Shown piece after piece: positions 1 to 12,981 of a stretch of DNA of 35,453 nt (within the stretch, counting starts at the first letter, position 1; every line of letters starts with the position of its first letter). The position numbers and the translations under genes were made by a program. Source of the DNA: Dimargaris cristalligena (lineage: Eukaryota). Under the pieces are notes generated by a model. The model did not search any database. It worked only from the letters and a program-made list of their open reading frames with translations, and was not told where the DNA came from. Where the stretch lies: NCBI GenBank assembly GCA_003614675.1, contig ML002380.1, positions 1 to 35,453 of the forward strand, written 5' to 3'.

Positions 1-171
1 CTATGCGCGAGGATGCTCCGAAGCCAGCAGCATTTATATATATATATATTCGTCTGTTAATATCGCCCTCAACCCTATTCTTCATAGAAACAACAACTGG
101 GTTACCATAGAGACCAAGGATCGTATGATAACACTTGCTATAAAGGGCCAAGTCCCCCCCCGACCCTGGAA

Positions 172-900
172 TTATAACCACCCTGGAAACGGGTAACTCC
201 GCCCCATGTGATGTCGGCTGCCTCTAACACGGGATGGGCAGCGGATCCCTAACCTACAGTCTTCGATGATTCGGCTGACCCCGCTAGATTGCCGACGCCG
301 TGCTTGGGGTAGGGTAAAGGATTTGCTAATATGCGAGGGATGTTGCATCATCACCCATGGCCCAAGATGATACAGGTCCGGGGCGCAGATGTAAGAAATA
401 TACCTGCCATGATCTATCCCAAACTCAATCTCACATTTGTCAATATTTCGAAAAAATAAACCCGGTGGACTATCCATACGGTCTAGAAGCACCCGGGTCA
501 TTGGGTAAGCCACTGGTGCTCGGTGGACAGGAGGCTGCAAAGGGGCCATGTCACACAGCGACGTGTGAGCATCCTTGGTTTCAGGGGTCCAGGGTAAAGA
601 TTTATAGCATTAAGGAAATGTTGGTGTCAGATGCCCATCAAAGCCGTGCTTGTCCGCCGTGTCTGGTTGACGGTCCAGCAGCTATAATAAGACCCCTTTT
701 CCCTTTATTATCCTATAACGTGAGCGATTGGGCTCCAAGTAAGCCTAATACATTGCAGTATTGGTGTATACATCACCCAACTAGCTGCCCAGTGCCCCCC
801 AGCTTCGAAATGTCTGGGTTAGTACCATATATAATAATCACCTTTCACAGGGCTGCCGCTTACCTTTCGGCGGTGCAGGCGGCTAACATGACAAATAATT
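172..900 (-). mobile_element. Possible highly decayed Ty3/gypsy-like reverse-transcriptase remnant
   Basis: Minus-strand ORF 172..549 contains 'GLFFRNIDKCE...ISYICAPD...MQHP', loosely resembling the gypsy RT C-terminal pattern GLxLNxxKCxF...ISxxGIxPD...xxP. No intact YxDD was found and the boundaries are approximate. Confidence 0.25.
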
Positions 901-1480
901 TCTCACCCGGCTAAACCTATAGGCCCGACCATAGAGTTAACCAAAGGAGGGATGAATCAACTTGAATAATGTGACACTCTGGTCACTTGTATCATTTAAC
1001 AGTAGTGTACGGCGGTCACAATTGTTTGCTCTGGTTTATATAACTACCCATGCTATCATTCCTATTATTTATAAAATCCCAATAAATCTTTACTCGGCTG
1101 CACATTGTTATTAGGCATGCCATATGCATCCATACCAAACCATTGTCGTACATTGAGTCATCCCAGTTCACATTAGTGTCTGAAGTTGAGTACCACCCCC
1201 CCTTCTCTAATTTCATACAATGTGGAAACGGGGCAAAGTCACGGTATCTAGGTGTTTAAATTGGTCAGACAGAATTTCTCATGAATCGTAATGGTAATAA
1301 TCTGTTACACTCCGGGAAGGGCATATTTTGACCAAAGGCATATCATGATGTATTAATGTTTAAATGATATCAATATTGCTGAGAGAACGAGGAGAAATAT
1401 GTTCGTAAAATCGGCGACCGGTGTGTTGGTCTTGTACCTCACTTCTGGGCGATACTATATAGAAGGAAAGCCCAATATCG

Positions 1481-1984
1481 TTAATTCACAGTGGACGGGT
1501 ATTCAACTCTTATCCAGTCGCCAGGCGTCCCTTCTTGAACAAAGGCATTATTATCCCACCACCAATCGGCTGTATCGTTATCATCCGAATCGGTATGGTC
1601 AGTTAGAGAATGGTCCAGATCTTTGTCAGCGGGATTGGTACCAAGCCACTGCCGGTGGGACACTCCTACCGTGACGCGTGCATTGGCAAACTGGTCAGTC
1701 GTACTGTCGGTAATTTGTCCAACAATGGGAACCGGGGTAGTCGGCTTATCACGGCTAACGCTGGAATCCAAGGTTCGAATGGATGGCTCACGATGGGGAC
1801 TGGTATGCTTCCGTACGCCGACAGGGGAACCGCTGGCCAACGCAGGGTCTTCGAGCGCGTCGTAGTAAATACTACCTCTATTGGTGTCTCCGCCCTGCCA
1901 TTCTCCGGGTACTGCGGGAAATCCAATTATCGAACGAACTAGGACTAAACTGACGAACGAGACACACCCAAACAGCAATTGCAT
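1481..1984 (-). CDS. Orphan putative secreted protein (167 aa from the ATG at 1984)
   Basis: The N-terminus MQLLFGCVSFVSLVLVRSIIG-FP is hydrophobic and signal-peptide-like, followed by a polar/acidic low-complexity body. Minus-strand TATAAAAA at 2154-2161. No recognised family. Confidence 0.45.
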   Translation of the reverse strand: MQLLFGCVSFVSLVLVRSIIGFPAVPGEWQGGDTNRGSIYYDALEDPALASGSPVGVRKHTSPHREPSIRTLDSSVSRDKPTTPVPIVGQITDSTTDQFANARVTVGVSHRQWLGTNPADKDLDHSLTDHTDSDDNDTADWWWDNNAFVQEGTPGDWIRVEYPSTVN

Positions 1985-3554
1985 GTTCAACAGAGACAAC
2001 TAAGAGTGCGTCGGATGTAAAATAGTATATGGGTGGACCGAGTTGGGGAATCTACTAAATAGTTTCCAGTGGTAGCTTGGCCTGTGATTAAGAGAATGGT
2101 TGGTTAAAGGTTGGAGGGAAGGTGGACTCCCTAAGTGAGTGAGCGGGGGACGGTTTTTATATCTGCTGGTATATATCATGCCTTTCCGGGTGTAGCAACT
2201 ACTTCGTTGACTTGAGCCGATTTTCGGTAGGTTTCTAGGCAATGGCCACCAAAGCGCCACAACCAATGACCAAGTCTATCCAGAGGGAATATAATAGCAT
2301 ATCCATATAACCATCACAAGACTCTTTATATTACAAGGGTGCAGTAGTGGGCTTTGTGACAGAGCAGTTGCACCTGCCCGCCTGGATTGTTCGCTGTCTT
2401 CAGCCATTCTTTATGATCCACAACTCCCACTGAAGAAGCAAAATCCAGATAATAGGCGGAGCAAGAGACTAGGGGGGCAACGCCACCAAAGTACTAAGCC
2501 GCCGCCTGTACTACTTTAAATACAACATTCCACGTGCTCCCCAAGGGAATCCTCCTTTTGGAAATAGCCCAATATTATCCATAGGAAGACTCAACCACAG
2601 TCAACAAGGCCAACAATGGCTTGGTAATTATGGAAACCCACCAATTTGGGTGTTACGCGGTCACCCGAGATGGTGGAGTTTATTTATAAACGAGGATGCT
2701 GCTAATTAATGTGATGGCAGTTTCCATCCCCCTGCCAAGTTCTTGACTGGACAAGGACTGGCTTAGACTGGAGGATTAGGGGGACCCAATGAATAAATGA
2801 TAGTTGGTGTAAATGAAATATATAGTTCGGGCGATGTATCAATCTGTATTGGGAGAATTATGTGGCCCATTGAGCTGATGGTAGGCATTTTCAGCGCCCG
2901 TCTATACCACTAGAAAATACAAGAACCCAATTTTCGGATACGTACTAGCCTGGTGTAGAACCCATAGTATCTAATACGTCCCGTTGATCATATTTGGAAT
3001 GCAGTCCATCTAATGGCCAATTTGCGGGTGCCATTTGATGCCCTCAGAGGGAGCAAACTTTACTTATCCCGCGCCATATATATGACGCGACGACATGGAG
3101 CCCATCTATCTGATAAAGCATCATGGCCCTAGAGTTTTAAAAGATCCAACCAAAAGTTTGAGGTTCTGCAATTCTTTGCATTGTGTGTGGTTGGATACGA
3201 AAAGTATGCTCTCTCCCACTGACTGGCCTTTGCATGTTTCGCATTATTGTGTAACCAAGTAATTTTCCCCCACACTAAAAACCCCTCTTCTCCCTTTATA
3301 TTCCTATAGAATAGCAGGACCTCCCAACCCAAAGGAAGAATAGAGAAGGAAGAACCCCACCAGAAAAGTCGTTGCAGTGATTCCATTACCACGTTTCCTC
3401 GGCTCAACTGTTCCCCTTACTGGCTTACTATCCAAGCATAATTTGCCCCTTTTTCTGTGCATTGATTCATTTTCTTGGCCCTTTCTACCCAGTCTACCCT
3501 CGCATTCCACCTACCTCACCCCCTCCTACCGCTCCCTAGCCCCCAACACTATAC

Positions 3555-5201
3555 ATGGCCGCCAATCCCAAGAAAGGCCCGAGCCTGACCGAGCGCATGG
3601 TCAAAACCTGCGCCGAGATCGTCGCCGAGCTCATCCAAGCCCATGACCAAAACCGGGACGTCAATCTCAATGGCATCAAAGCGACCTATTCGCGCAAAAA
3701 TCGGCTCACCACGCAACCCAAGCTGGTGGACATCATCGCCGCCATTCCCGAACCCTACCGGGCCGCGCTCCTCCCGAAACTCAAAGCCAAGCCCATCCGT
3801 ACCGCCTCGGGTATCGCCGTCGTGGCGGTCATGTGCAAACCCCACCGGTGCCCGCATATTGCCATGACGGGCAATATCTGTGTGTATTGTCCCGGCGGCC
3901 CGGATTCGGATTTCGAGTACTCGACCCAGTCGTACACCGGGTACGAACCCACCAGTATGCGGGCCATCCGGGCCCGGTACCATCCGTTGGAACAGTCGCG
4001 GGGTCGTATTGAACAGCTCAAAAGTTTGGGCCATAGTTGCGACAAAGTGGAATACGTGCTCATGGGCGGGACGTTCATGTCCATGCCCGAGGATTATCGT
4101 AACTGGTTCATCGCTAATTTACACGATGCCCTCTCGGGTCACGCGAGTAACGACGTGGACGAAGCGGTGCGCATGTCCGAACAGAGTGCCACTAAATGTA
4201 TCGGGATCACTATCGAAACCCGTCCTGACTACTGCCTCAAGCCCCACTTGAGTCAGATGTTACGGTACGGCTGCACCCGCTTGGAAATCGGGGTCCAGAG
4301 CGTCTACGAAGACGTGGCGCGTGATACCAACCGGGGCCATACCGTCAAGGCCGTGTGCGAGTCTTTCCAACTGGCCAAGGACGCTGGCTACAAAGTAGTT
4401 GCTCACATGATGCCCGACCTACCCAACGTGGGCATGGAACGCGACCTCGAACAATTCAAGGAATACTTCGAAAACCCGGCCTTCCGGTCCGACGGACTCA
4501 AACTGTACCCCACGCTGGTTATTCGTGGCACGGGCCTCTACGAACTCTGGCGTACCGGGCGGTACAAGAATTATTCGCCCAACGCCCTCGTCGACTTGGT
4601 CGCTAAAATCCTGGCCCTCGTACCCCCCTGGACTCGCGTCTACCGCGTCCAGCGGGATATTCCCATGCCCCTCGTGACCTCCGGCGTCGAACACGGCAAT
4701 CTCCGTGAATTGGCCCTGCAACGGATGCGGGACCTGGGTACCGAGTGCCGGGATGTGCGTACGCGGGAAGTGGGCATCGTCGACATCCACCAGAAAGTCC
4801 GACCCGAACACGTCGAACTGATCCGCCGCGACTATGTAGCCAACGGCGGGTGGGAAACGTTCCTGTCTTATGAGGATCCCCAACAGGATATTCTCATTGG
4901 CTTATTGCGTCTGCGGAAGTGCTCCGAAACTACATTCCGTCCCGAACTCACCCAGGCCGGTCCGTGTTCGGTCGTTCGGGAACTCCACGTTTACGGTTCC
5001 GTCGTGCCCGTACGGAGTCGGGACCCGATGAAATTCCAGCACCAGGGCTTCGGAACGATGCTGATGGAGGAGGCGGAACGCATCGCCCGCGACGAACACG
5101 GAAGTGTCAAATTGGGCGTGATTAGCGGGGTGGGTACCCGTCACTATTACCGCAAATTGGGGTATGAACTCGATGGCCCGTACATGTCCAAACTCTTGTA
5201 A
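3555..5201 (+). CDS. ELP3: Elongator complex catalytic subunit Elp3 (radical SAM + acetyltransferase), 548 aa, intronless
   Basis: Hallmark motifs [36 protein letters not shown] (Fe-S cysteines), [23 protein letters not shown] and [10 protein letters not shown]. Strong GC3 codon bias. Confidence 0.99.
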   Translation: MAANPKKGPSLTERMVKTCAEIVAELIQAHDQNRDVNLNGIKATYSRKNRLTTQPKLVDIIAAIPEPYRAALLPKLKAKPIRTASGIAVVAVMCKPHRCPHIAMTGNICVYCPGGPDSDFEYSTQSYTGYEPTSMRAIRARYHPLEQSRGRIEQLKSLGHSCDKVEYVLMGGTFMSMPEDYRNWFIANLHDALSGHASNDVDEAVRMSEQSATKCIGITIETRPDYCLKPHLSQMLRYGCTRLEIGVQSVYEDVARDTNRGHTVKAVCESFQLAKDAGYKVVAHMMPDLPNVGMERDLEQFKEYFENPAFRSDGLKLYPTLVIRGTGLYELWRTGRYKNYSPNALVDLVAKILALVPPWTRVYRVQRDIPMPLVTSGVEHGNLRELALQRMRDLGTECRDVRTREVGIVDIHQKVRPEHVELIRRDYVANGGWETFLSYEDPQQDILIGLLRLRKCSETTFRPELTQAGPCSVVRELHVYGSVVPVRSRDPMKFQHQGFGTMLMEEAERIARDEHGSVKLGVISGVGTRHYYRKLGYELDGPYMSKLL

Positions 5202-5587
5202 ATTTTAATGATGTTCTTTCCCCCCCTCCCACCTTCCTTTCTTTCTTTCTTCACTGGGTCTATCGTGGATACGCCTGTATCGCCTTCCAAGTTTCGCGGT
5301 TAACAATCACCACCCCCTCCCTCTCATATTTGCCCACACCCCAATTTTAATTTGTTCATATACACTTACCATTTAAAAACTATAAAAGTAAACGTAAACG
5401 TAAAAAATGAACAAGATGGCAATTAGGATTTTTTAATGACTTTAGGTAAATTGGATCAAACGTGGAGTCGACTAACGCTAAAGTAAGTAGTAGTAGTTTT
5501 GGTAATGGCTTGGATGATGGTACACTTGACTATTCATATATTATTTTTCTATTAAACGGAAAGGGGTAAAAAAAGGAAGTAAATAGA

Positions 5588-6515
5588 CTAGTACTGGTAA
5601 GACGACGACGGCTGACTACTCTCGTAGTTATTCGGCATTCCCCCGTACTCCGGCCCCTGACTTTCCAACCGCTGCAACTGATTAAACGCCTGACAAAACA
5701 TGGGTCGAATTTCGTTAATTTCCACCGCACTCAAATTATCCATTTGTAAATAAATCGGGTTCACGGCGGCTAACCCCGCGCGGGCTTTACTTTGCCTAAT
5801 TTCGCGCAGGTCCTGGAGGAGGCGTTGGACGGTATGGGCCTGCGGAATATCGTCCGCGGCGGCGCATTCGAGTAATACGTGGGCGATTTCCATGTACGCG
5901 AACGGTAAGCCACTGAACCGGTCGGGCTGCCGTTGTTCCTCGTCGTATTTGCGCTGGAGGTACGTCACGTCCAGCCAGGCGGGGGGCTGGATATGGCAGC
6001 GGCGCTTCTTTTTGAGTAAACGGGCTAGCCAGAGGGGCACTTCGATGCGATTAGGTGGTTTGAACGGACCGTAGCTGCCCTAGAGAGGTGGGGGGGGGGG
6101 AAGATAGTGGTGGTGGTGGTGGTGGTAAAATAGGGGGCGTGGGTGGGTAGATAAGTATAGGTGGAGGGTGAGTGGTTAACAAGCGAGACGGCCGGAATGA
6201 ACGGGCAGGGAGAGGGACTTCATTCCGTTCTCCCTAACCGGGGCCCATTTAACATTGCGAGTGCGGCGGTTAAAGAGGATCCGGTGGGGTGGAATGCTCG
6301 GCTTGCCAGACCCACACATTGACGCTGAGCCGGTGGCTTCTTAATCGCAGAGAGGAACCCGTAAATGACCCAAGGGCTGGTGGGGCTATATAACTTACAC
6401 TTATGAAATGCAGCGTGTCCATGCGGTGTGTAGGAATGATACTGATTAGGGTATCCTCGGCCAGGAACTCCAGCTCCGGTAGAGCCACATTGGGGTTGGG
6501 TTTGGTAGTAAGCAT
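5588..6515 (-). CDS. PSF2: GINS complex subunit Psf2, 202 aa; exons 6515-6399 and 6079-5588
   Basis: Exon 1 has ELEFLAEDTLISIIP and a GTAAGT donor at 6398. A TAG acceptor precedes exon 2 GSYGPFKPP...EVPLWLA...KKKRRC.I.PP.WL...DLREIRQSK...NLSAVEINEIRP. The phase-0 join is in frame. Confidence 0.95.
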
Positions 6516-7180
6516 GGTCAAACGAAATAATATGTGGAATAAAGTAAGGCTGAGGGGATAATAAACAATATATATATATATCTCTCTGGGAAGCGGTTGG
6601 TTTAATATATGAGTAAGTATTAAGGGTCTGTAATCACCACCCTCCCCCCTAGCCGTACATCCCCCCAATGTGGCCTATTGGCTAATGTGACATTCCCTCG
6701 GACCGGAAATCGTAAACACCCACACACAGCGGCAAACTGTCAGGTCCTAGAAAACTGCGAATGAATCGACTAGCTGAGCCCAGTACACCCTGAGCCCTAC
6801 AGTCAACGACACCTTAGGGAACTCGCCCAATGCAACTGCGTCTCCTTCATAATGCAGAGACTGGTGGATCAATATATGTATATATATACCTCTCTCTGTC
6901 GTGCCTATATACCCCTCAAACCTTCACGCCAGACCGATTTAACTGAGAAAAAGAATTCCAAATTTTATCAAAAGCCAGAATAAAAAAATGTGGACTGTAC
7001 CGTTTTGGTTGATCACAAAGATCAATAAAAGTAATCAAAGTAAACCACTATAAATAAATATTTCAACAAAAAATACGAGGTATTTTAACTCCGCCAACCT
7101 TTAACAACCCAAAAAATAATATCGCGTATATATATATAAATATAGCAAAAGAAAGAAGCACGCCCACGCAGACCTATCAA

Positions 7181-10100
7181 TTAAGCCAGCTTTGGATTAT
7201 CGTAAAGGTTGGCGAATTTACCAAGGGCCCAAACGGTGAAGATATTCTTAAAGTTGGGGTAGGCGATGGTGCAGTTCTTGCTAAAGACCCCTTCGAGCGA
7301 TTCCTGCAACCACTCACCGTTGGGTTGTTGGCGGGACATGATGAGCTGGATACCCCGCTCCAGAGGTTTCCGATCGGGGTACTTGGCCGCCATCAAACCT
7401 AGCAGGGACCAGGCCGTCTGCACAACCTGGGACTTCTCGTGTTGGACATATTCTCCGGTTTCGCATGACTGAATCATAGGATTTCGGTTAAAAGTTTTCC
7501 GTTGGGGAGAGAGAAGGGTGATAATAGACAGACCGATAGGTGTGTATAGCAAACAGTGGGGTTAAATAATGTGCCAGAGTTTGTGTCAAATGGTATGGTT
7601 ACAGACCAAGCATCCGCAAGCCCACATTCGTGAGAACGTGTTATTGACAGGGAATATGGCCAACCCGATGCCATTCTCATAAATAATAGGCCAACTTACT
7701 TTGTAAGATTCGCCCCAGCCGCCATCCGGCTTTTGCTTGGAAATGAAAAATTCGCAAGCCTTCTTGACCTTGGGACTATAGGGATGAATACGAAAAGGCA
7801 GAATAGAGAGAGAGAGAGAGAGAGAGAGAGATCGTAAATACATGTCAGTCCAGATAATGAACCAAATACGCCCAGACCGAGGGAATGAGGAAGCGAAAAG
7901 TAGGAGTAACCATCCCGATTAGATAATATAAACGCCTATTTAACATAACCGGTCAACATAAGAGTAGAAAGGGTTCTTCCACTGTTGCAAACCAACCCTT
8001 ATTACTTACCAATTATCATAAGTGTAGCCCTCGCAACTCAGAGATTTGAGAGCAAACATCCCGGCGTAGGTGAAGCAAACTCCCCACGAGCCGAACCAAC
8101 CCCCGTTAGACTCTTGGCTATTAAATATATACCGCACGGCATCGGTGATGCAGGTCTCGATATCATCGCTCCGGTACTGCGGGTAGCGCTGATTAAAGCA
8201 GCGCAAGCCAAGCACGACGGAAGTGGTGCACTCGGGGTAAGCGTACTCAATCATGTACTTGCCGAAAATCTCGGCCGGGTTGATGAACTCAATCCATTCC
8301 GGGGACCGTACCAATTCGTAGCTAGCGAAACCACCCCCTTCGTTTTGCATGGTCAGCAATAGGTCTACCGCGTCAAACAAACGTTGGTCATCGACAAGGT
8401 TTTTGGTGTAGGGTTTGTCTTGGAGGAGGAGCACGGCTTGGAGGCCCTCGGCGGTACAGTCCGAGACGGTGTAGCCCTGTTCAAAGGTACTGAAGGGCCA
8501 GGCCCCCTTTGTACTAAACCGGTAGGCCTCCCGATAGTAAGGGGGGTCAGCGCGAATCTGGCAGACATCCAAAAAGGACAGGGTCTGCTGCATACATTCG
8601 TGATTGGCCGGGTCATCGGCCAGGCCCGTTTCAACGGCCGCTTGGACGGCGAAGCCCGTGTCCCAGAGTTGGGAGCCATTGGTGCCGTTAACCATGAGAC
8701 CATCCTCACTCATCCACATGGCATCACCCAGTCGGTCCATATGGCGACGGTATTCAAACGAATCCTTGCCCTTGCCCACGGCTAGGGTCACAATGTTGAT
8801 GGCGTAGTTAACCGGCGCCAGGTCTAGACCCGACGTGTTTTCCTCTTCCATCATAATCTGACGCAAAACTTCATCCAGTGCTTGGTTGCGGACCCAGGTG
8901 GGGTTGATTTTTTCAAAGAGTACCGTGAGGTAGTTGGCTGCATGGGTGACCGGTCCGCTAGGACTGTACAAGTCCACTGGGGCAACATTGTTTCGGTTGT
9001 TTGACCAATCGATGGTGTTGAAAGGTTGCACATAGATTTCCTACACGAACAGTTTTAGTACGGGACAGAGTAAAGCAGGGTTAGGTCACGGGATCGGGCA
9101 TATCAAATAGGGCTTTGAGGACTAATAGGGGCAAGTAGGGCGGGGGGTATCTGATCTGGGATGGAATTCAGACATATTGGCATAAGATGCAATGAATACC
9201 GGATAGGGTGCTCACCTCTTTAAGCTGTTGGGTCAAGAGGGTTTCCTCCGTGACATAGCGCTGCCCATACAGGTAAGCCATACTCAAGTAAACCTGTCGG
9301 GTATGGACCCAAAAGCGGCCTGGATGGACGGGGACCCAATATGGTAGTAGACTAATAGTAAAAGTATATATAGCAAGGTAGTCGAATGTCCACGGGTACA
9401 ATCATAGATTAGCACATAAATTCCAGCGATGAATGCCTGGGCCTACGCAATGGGTTCGCCCAGTTATATGGCGGATCAACTCGTAACTTCGAATATACAC
9501 AAAAAAGGGACGTACCTCAGCTCGGGAGGCACTGGATTCATGCCCTCGTACTTGTATGTTCCGAGAATACTGAGCCAAAATTTACCCCAGGCGGGAATAG
9601 CTATCGCTCCGCCTGTTAAGATATGGGGGACCACGGGAAATACAATACAATATTTTTCAAAAAAAAATTGGGATTAGTAAAAGCTGAAGAGTATGAATAT
9701 GCATATGCGTATGAGTGCTGATTAACATTGACCACTCGGTAATAAACATTGCGCGACTTACCAAGCGCGTGAAGGGTGTTGCGGGCCTTGATCATGGGTT
9801 CCTCGTCGGGCCCCACGCCTAGAATGCGGAGAGTAATATAATTGAGACAGGTACCGAATACCGTGGATATGCTTTCCGAGTGACTGGTAAACGGACCGGT
9901 TGGGTAGAGTGTAGCGGATATGTTTGAAAATAAGTGAGATCAGGTCCCGTATTCCGGCCAATAAGGGCGGCGTACCCAAGGTGGGACTACAGAGTAACAG
10001 TCGGGTGAGACGAACGGATGGGCAATAAGGGGGAGTATAAAACACCCCACCTAATAAATAGTTTAGAGGCTGAAACTTACATGCCCCATCCACCGTCTTC

Positions 10101-10732
10101 GGGGTGGGCCAAGCCGAGAATATAGCGGATGAATTCGATGCGCTGGTACTCGGGGATTCTTTCGCGTACGCAGTATAGGGCAATCACGACGCCGGGGATC
10201 ATAAACATGGGACCGTCGTAGCGACCGGCCCAGTGGCCGTCTTCGGTTTGCAGATTCCGGAAGAAGGCGAATCCCTTTCGGGCGCACTCCATGGGCGTTG
10301 AGGGGGCGGCCGAGGGACCCACTGACTCCTATGGTTTCGATAAGATAAGTAGGTAGGTAAGGGGTGTTTTTTTTTTTTAACCCGATCATCAAACAAGGCA
10401 ACTCTATTCATTAACTATCCCCCTAAATAATAGGTTGTTTATATGGCTGATGCTAAGGTATACCGGCCCTTTTTGATGAACACCCGAACAAACTGGGGTA
10501 GCTATTATTATTTTGGTACTGGGGAGGTGGGGGGACTTACCACCGGAAGGCCGAGCCAGTAGCGTTCGATATCGGACTGGGGCTGCTGACGCACCAGTTC
10601 ATCGGACTCGAGATAGTCCCAGAGCTGGCGTCCCTTGTTGACGCGGAGACGCCAGCGGCGGGGGTCGGTCGGCCGAAGTTTGGCCAGACGAATGGGGGTG
10701 TGCAGGGGAGGGGGATAGGACCGGGTAGCCAT
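7181..10732 (-). CDS. ERG7: Oxidosqualene cyclase (lanosterol synthase), 729 aa; exons 10732-10541, 10328-10081, 9883-9762, 9612-9516, 9351-9216, 9040-8010, 7775-7700, 7468-7181
   Basis: All seven introns are GT-AG and the phases sum to 2190 nt. Catalytic VSDCTAE motif, QW repeats ([42 protein letters not shown]), [10 protein letters not shown] and GTNGSQLWD. Confidence 0.96.
7805..7830. repeat. (GA)n microsatellite inside ERG7 intron 6 (polypyrimidine on the sense strand)
   Basis: Run of agagag visible upstream of the exon-7 acceptor. Confidence 0.9.
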
Positions 10733-12803
10733 GGCGACGGAGGGAGGGGGGAATGGAGCAGGCTAATGGGCTCGGCAGCATTCAACAAGCAACAGAGAGA
10801 TAAAGAGGGTAAGAGAGAAATGAAGGCCTAGGAGGGTTCTTTTCTCTGGTAGGGTTGTCTGGGAGAGTAGGTTGGTGGTGGTGCATATACTGAGCATGCT
10901 TAACCAATATCATCCATCGTATTGTATGCTGTGTATATCAGGAACCAGGGGGGCTGGAATTGGCTGGCATACCGAACCCGTCTTTTTCCCCCGATTTTAC
11001 TTTAGTTGGGCTTTGATTGGGGCGGACTATATCAGCCCACCCAGTTGGTTCTACCTAAATGCCGACTACCAGTGAATGAAAGTGGGTCTTTTTCACATGA
11101 TAAACGAGACGGCACATCAGCCTCAACCCTAAATGTAATACTACCCGGACTTAATTGCGGCCCAACCGTAGAGAAAAGGGTCTTAGGCGCCTGGTATAAA
11201 AGGGAAGCCAGCCGGGCCTCTCCTATATCTCTACCATGTCCCATTTATCGAATAGCCCGCCGAGCTGTCCAGGCTGGCTCAACCCATGGGCTGCCACCGC
11301 CTTTGCCATACTCCGCCCATATTATGTCCCCACCACTGCTTTATAGTTAGCACTGCCATGTGTCCCCGCCACCCTTGCACTTATGAAATTCCTTAGCCCG
11401 CCCACGTTTAAGACCGGGTTGACAGGTTTCTTCGTAACTAGCGAATAGCCACCATATTATCCGGTACTTGATACTATACACCTCTTTTTGTCTTCCTTTT
11501 TTTTCAGCTTTGTATTGCACAAATCAAAAATGGCTATTAATTAGCCCGATTGGGCCCATGGATATTTAGTACAAGGTAGGTACTACACACCCGCCTATCC
11601 GGGAGAGCAGTAACACACAAATGATTAAAAGTCCTGACGCATTTGTGGTTATTTTCACGGAAATATCACTGTACTTTAACCATGCCCCAGACAAAGTGAA
11701 GGTGGCCAGAGGAGGGGTTCGCTGTTTCTTGGCTGGATTGGTGAAGATGCATGTCCCAATACCATCGCGACCGAGTATTGAGCTATTCTAAAAAGGAAAA
11801 GTGATGAAGAGAAGGTATAAGGGGGCAGTGCGAAGTAAGTGAAGCGGGCAGCGTGTGAGAAGTTGCTGGCCAGTAGGGTCTTCACCATTTAGCAGTAATG
11901 ACGGGAATTGGTGGCTGCAAATCCAGGGTGGGATATGTAGGCAGTGGCATGTAATAATTGCCGTGACTACGGTTCCTATTTTAAATCGGGGTGTTCTCTC
12001 CGTTCGACCGGCTTGGCTTTGATTAGATAATACTGAACGCCCATTATGTATGCTGGGCCTTTAAAATACCCGAGATCCATCTACCGGCAATGTATCTCCT
12101 GGGCATAATAACACAGGTTGGAGGTACCATGGGGTTTATTGGGTACAGAGCATTTGAGTGTCGGCCCAACAGCTCGCTGAATACAGCGCAGGGGGTTGGT
12201 ACCGATGGGGAAAAACTACATGGAGAATCTCCGCACAGGCGAGTCTGAATATATAATCAAGAAGTGCATGGGAAGTAAAAAAGACCAAGTGAAGTAGTGG
12301 CTATCGGGCGGGAAAGGGTGTGAATTGCCACGGGTAGGGATTGCGTGGATGCGACAACAATGGGAATATTGGTAAAAGTATTCCAAGGAAACTGGGAAAG
12401 GGGAGACAGGGTAACTTCCCTGGGCATGTAGAGCGAGTGGTTGGCGCGATCATCGCCATGCAAAACACAAACGCAAGTATATTGGCATGTTCTAGTATCG
12501 ATATCTGACCTATTCTGAGTACTACACTCGACATACATGGACGATGTCATCAGCACACTCAAGACCAAGACCGGTTTCGCCAACCGGTTTGTGTAGATGT
12601 TGAGCTACTAGCATTGGCTTAAGAGTAAGAAGCCTCCATAGAGTTATACTAGTTTATGTGCATCGATACGTCCCTACGAGTTGATGGGGGGACGACGTCA
12701 TTGGAACTAAATTAAAATATATAAAAAAGCACCCCTGAATATGGCAGGCAAACTACTAGCGAGTTCTAGGGTTGAGTGGCTGTTAGTCGGCCGGAATTAA
12801 GAT

Positions 12804-12939
12804 GGGTGAAATTCAAACCAGCTGTATAATGTTATTCATAATACGTGTATGGGTGAATATATGTGAGAATAACTTTTAACCAGTAATATTGGCCGCATCC
12901 AATGGATTTTTCATTATACAGCCTGAATTAACTTCTCCC
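12804..12939 (+). mobile_element. 136-bp MITE, copy 1
   Basis: GGG...CCC termini, imperfect 26-bp terminal inverted repeats, and flanking direct repeat AGAT (12800-12803 and 12940-12943). Aligns without gaps to the reverse complement of 21809-21944. Confidence 0.85.
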
Positions 12940-12981
12940 AGATGGGGTTGGCCGGTTCAATACGCAGCTCTAGTAACTGCC

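Noticed and set aside
3549..5144. Multiple overlapping and antisense ORFs within ELP3 (likewise within ERG7 exon 6, CGR1, CWC21, RPL6 and NOP56, e.g. 33102..33968)
   Set aside because: Shadow ORFs expected from GC3-rich codon usage; no independent motifs.
11300..12600. Short minus-strand ORFs (11888-11676, 12538-12257) as further orphan genes
   Set aside because: Short, with no recognisable motifs or clear coding bias; only weak TATA-like context.
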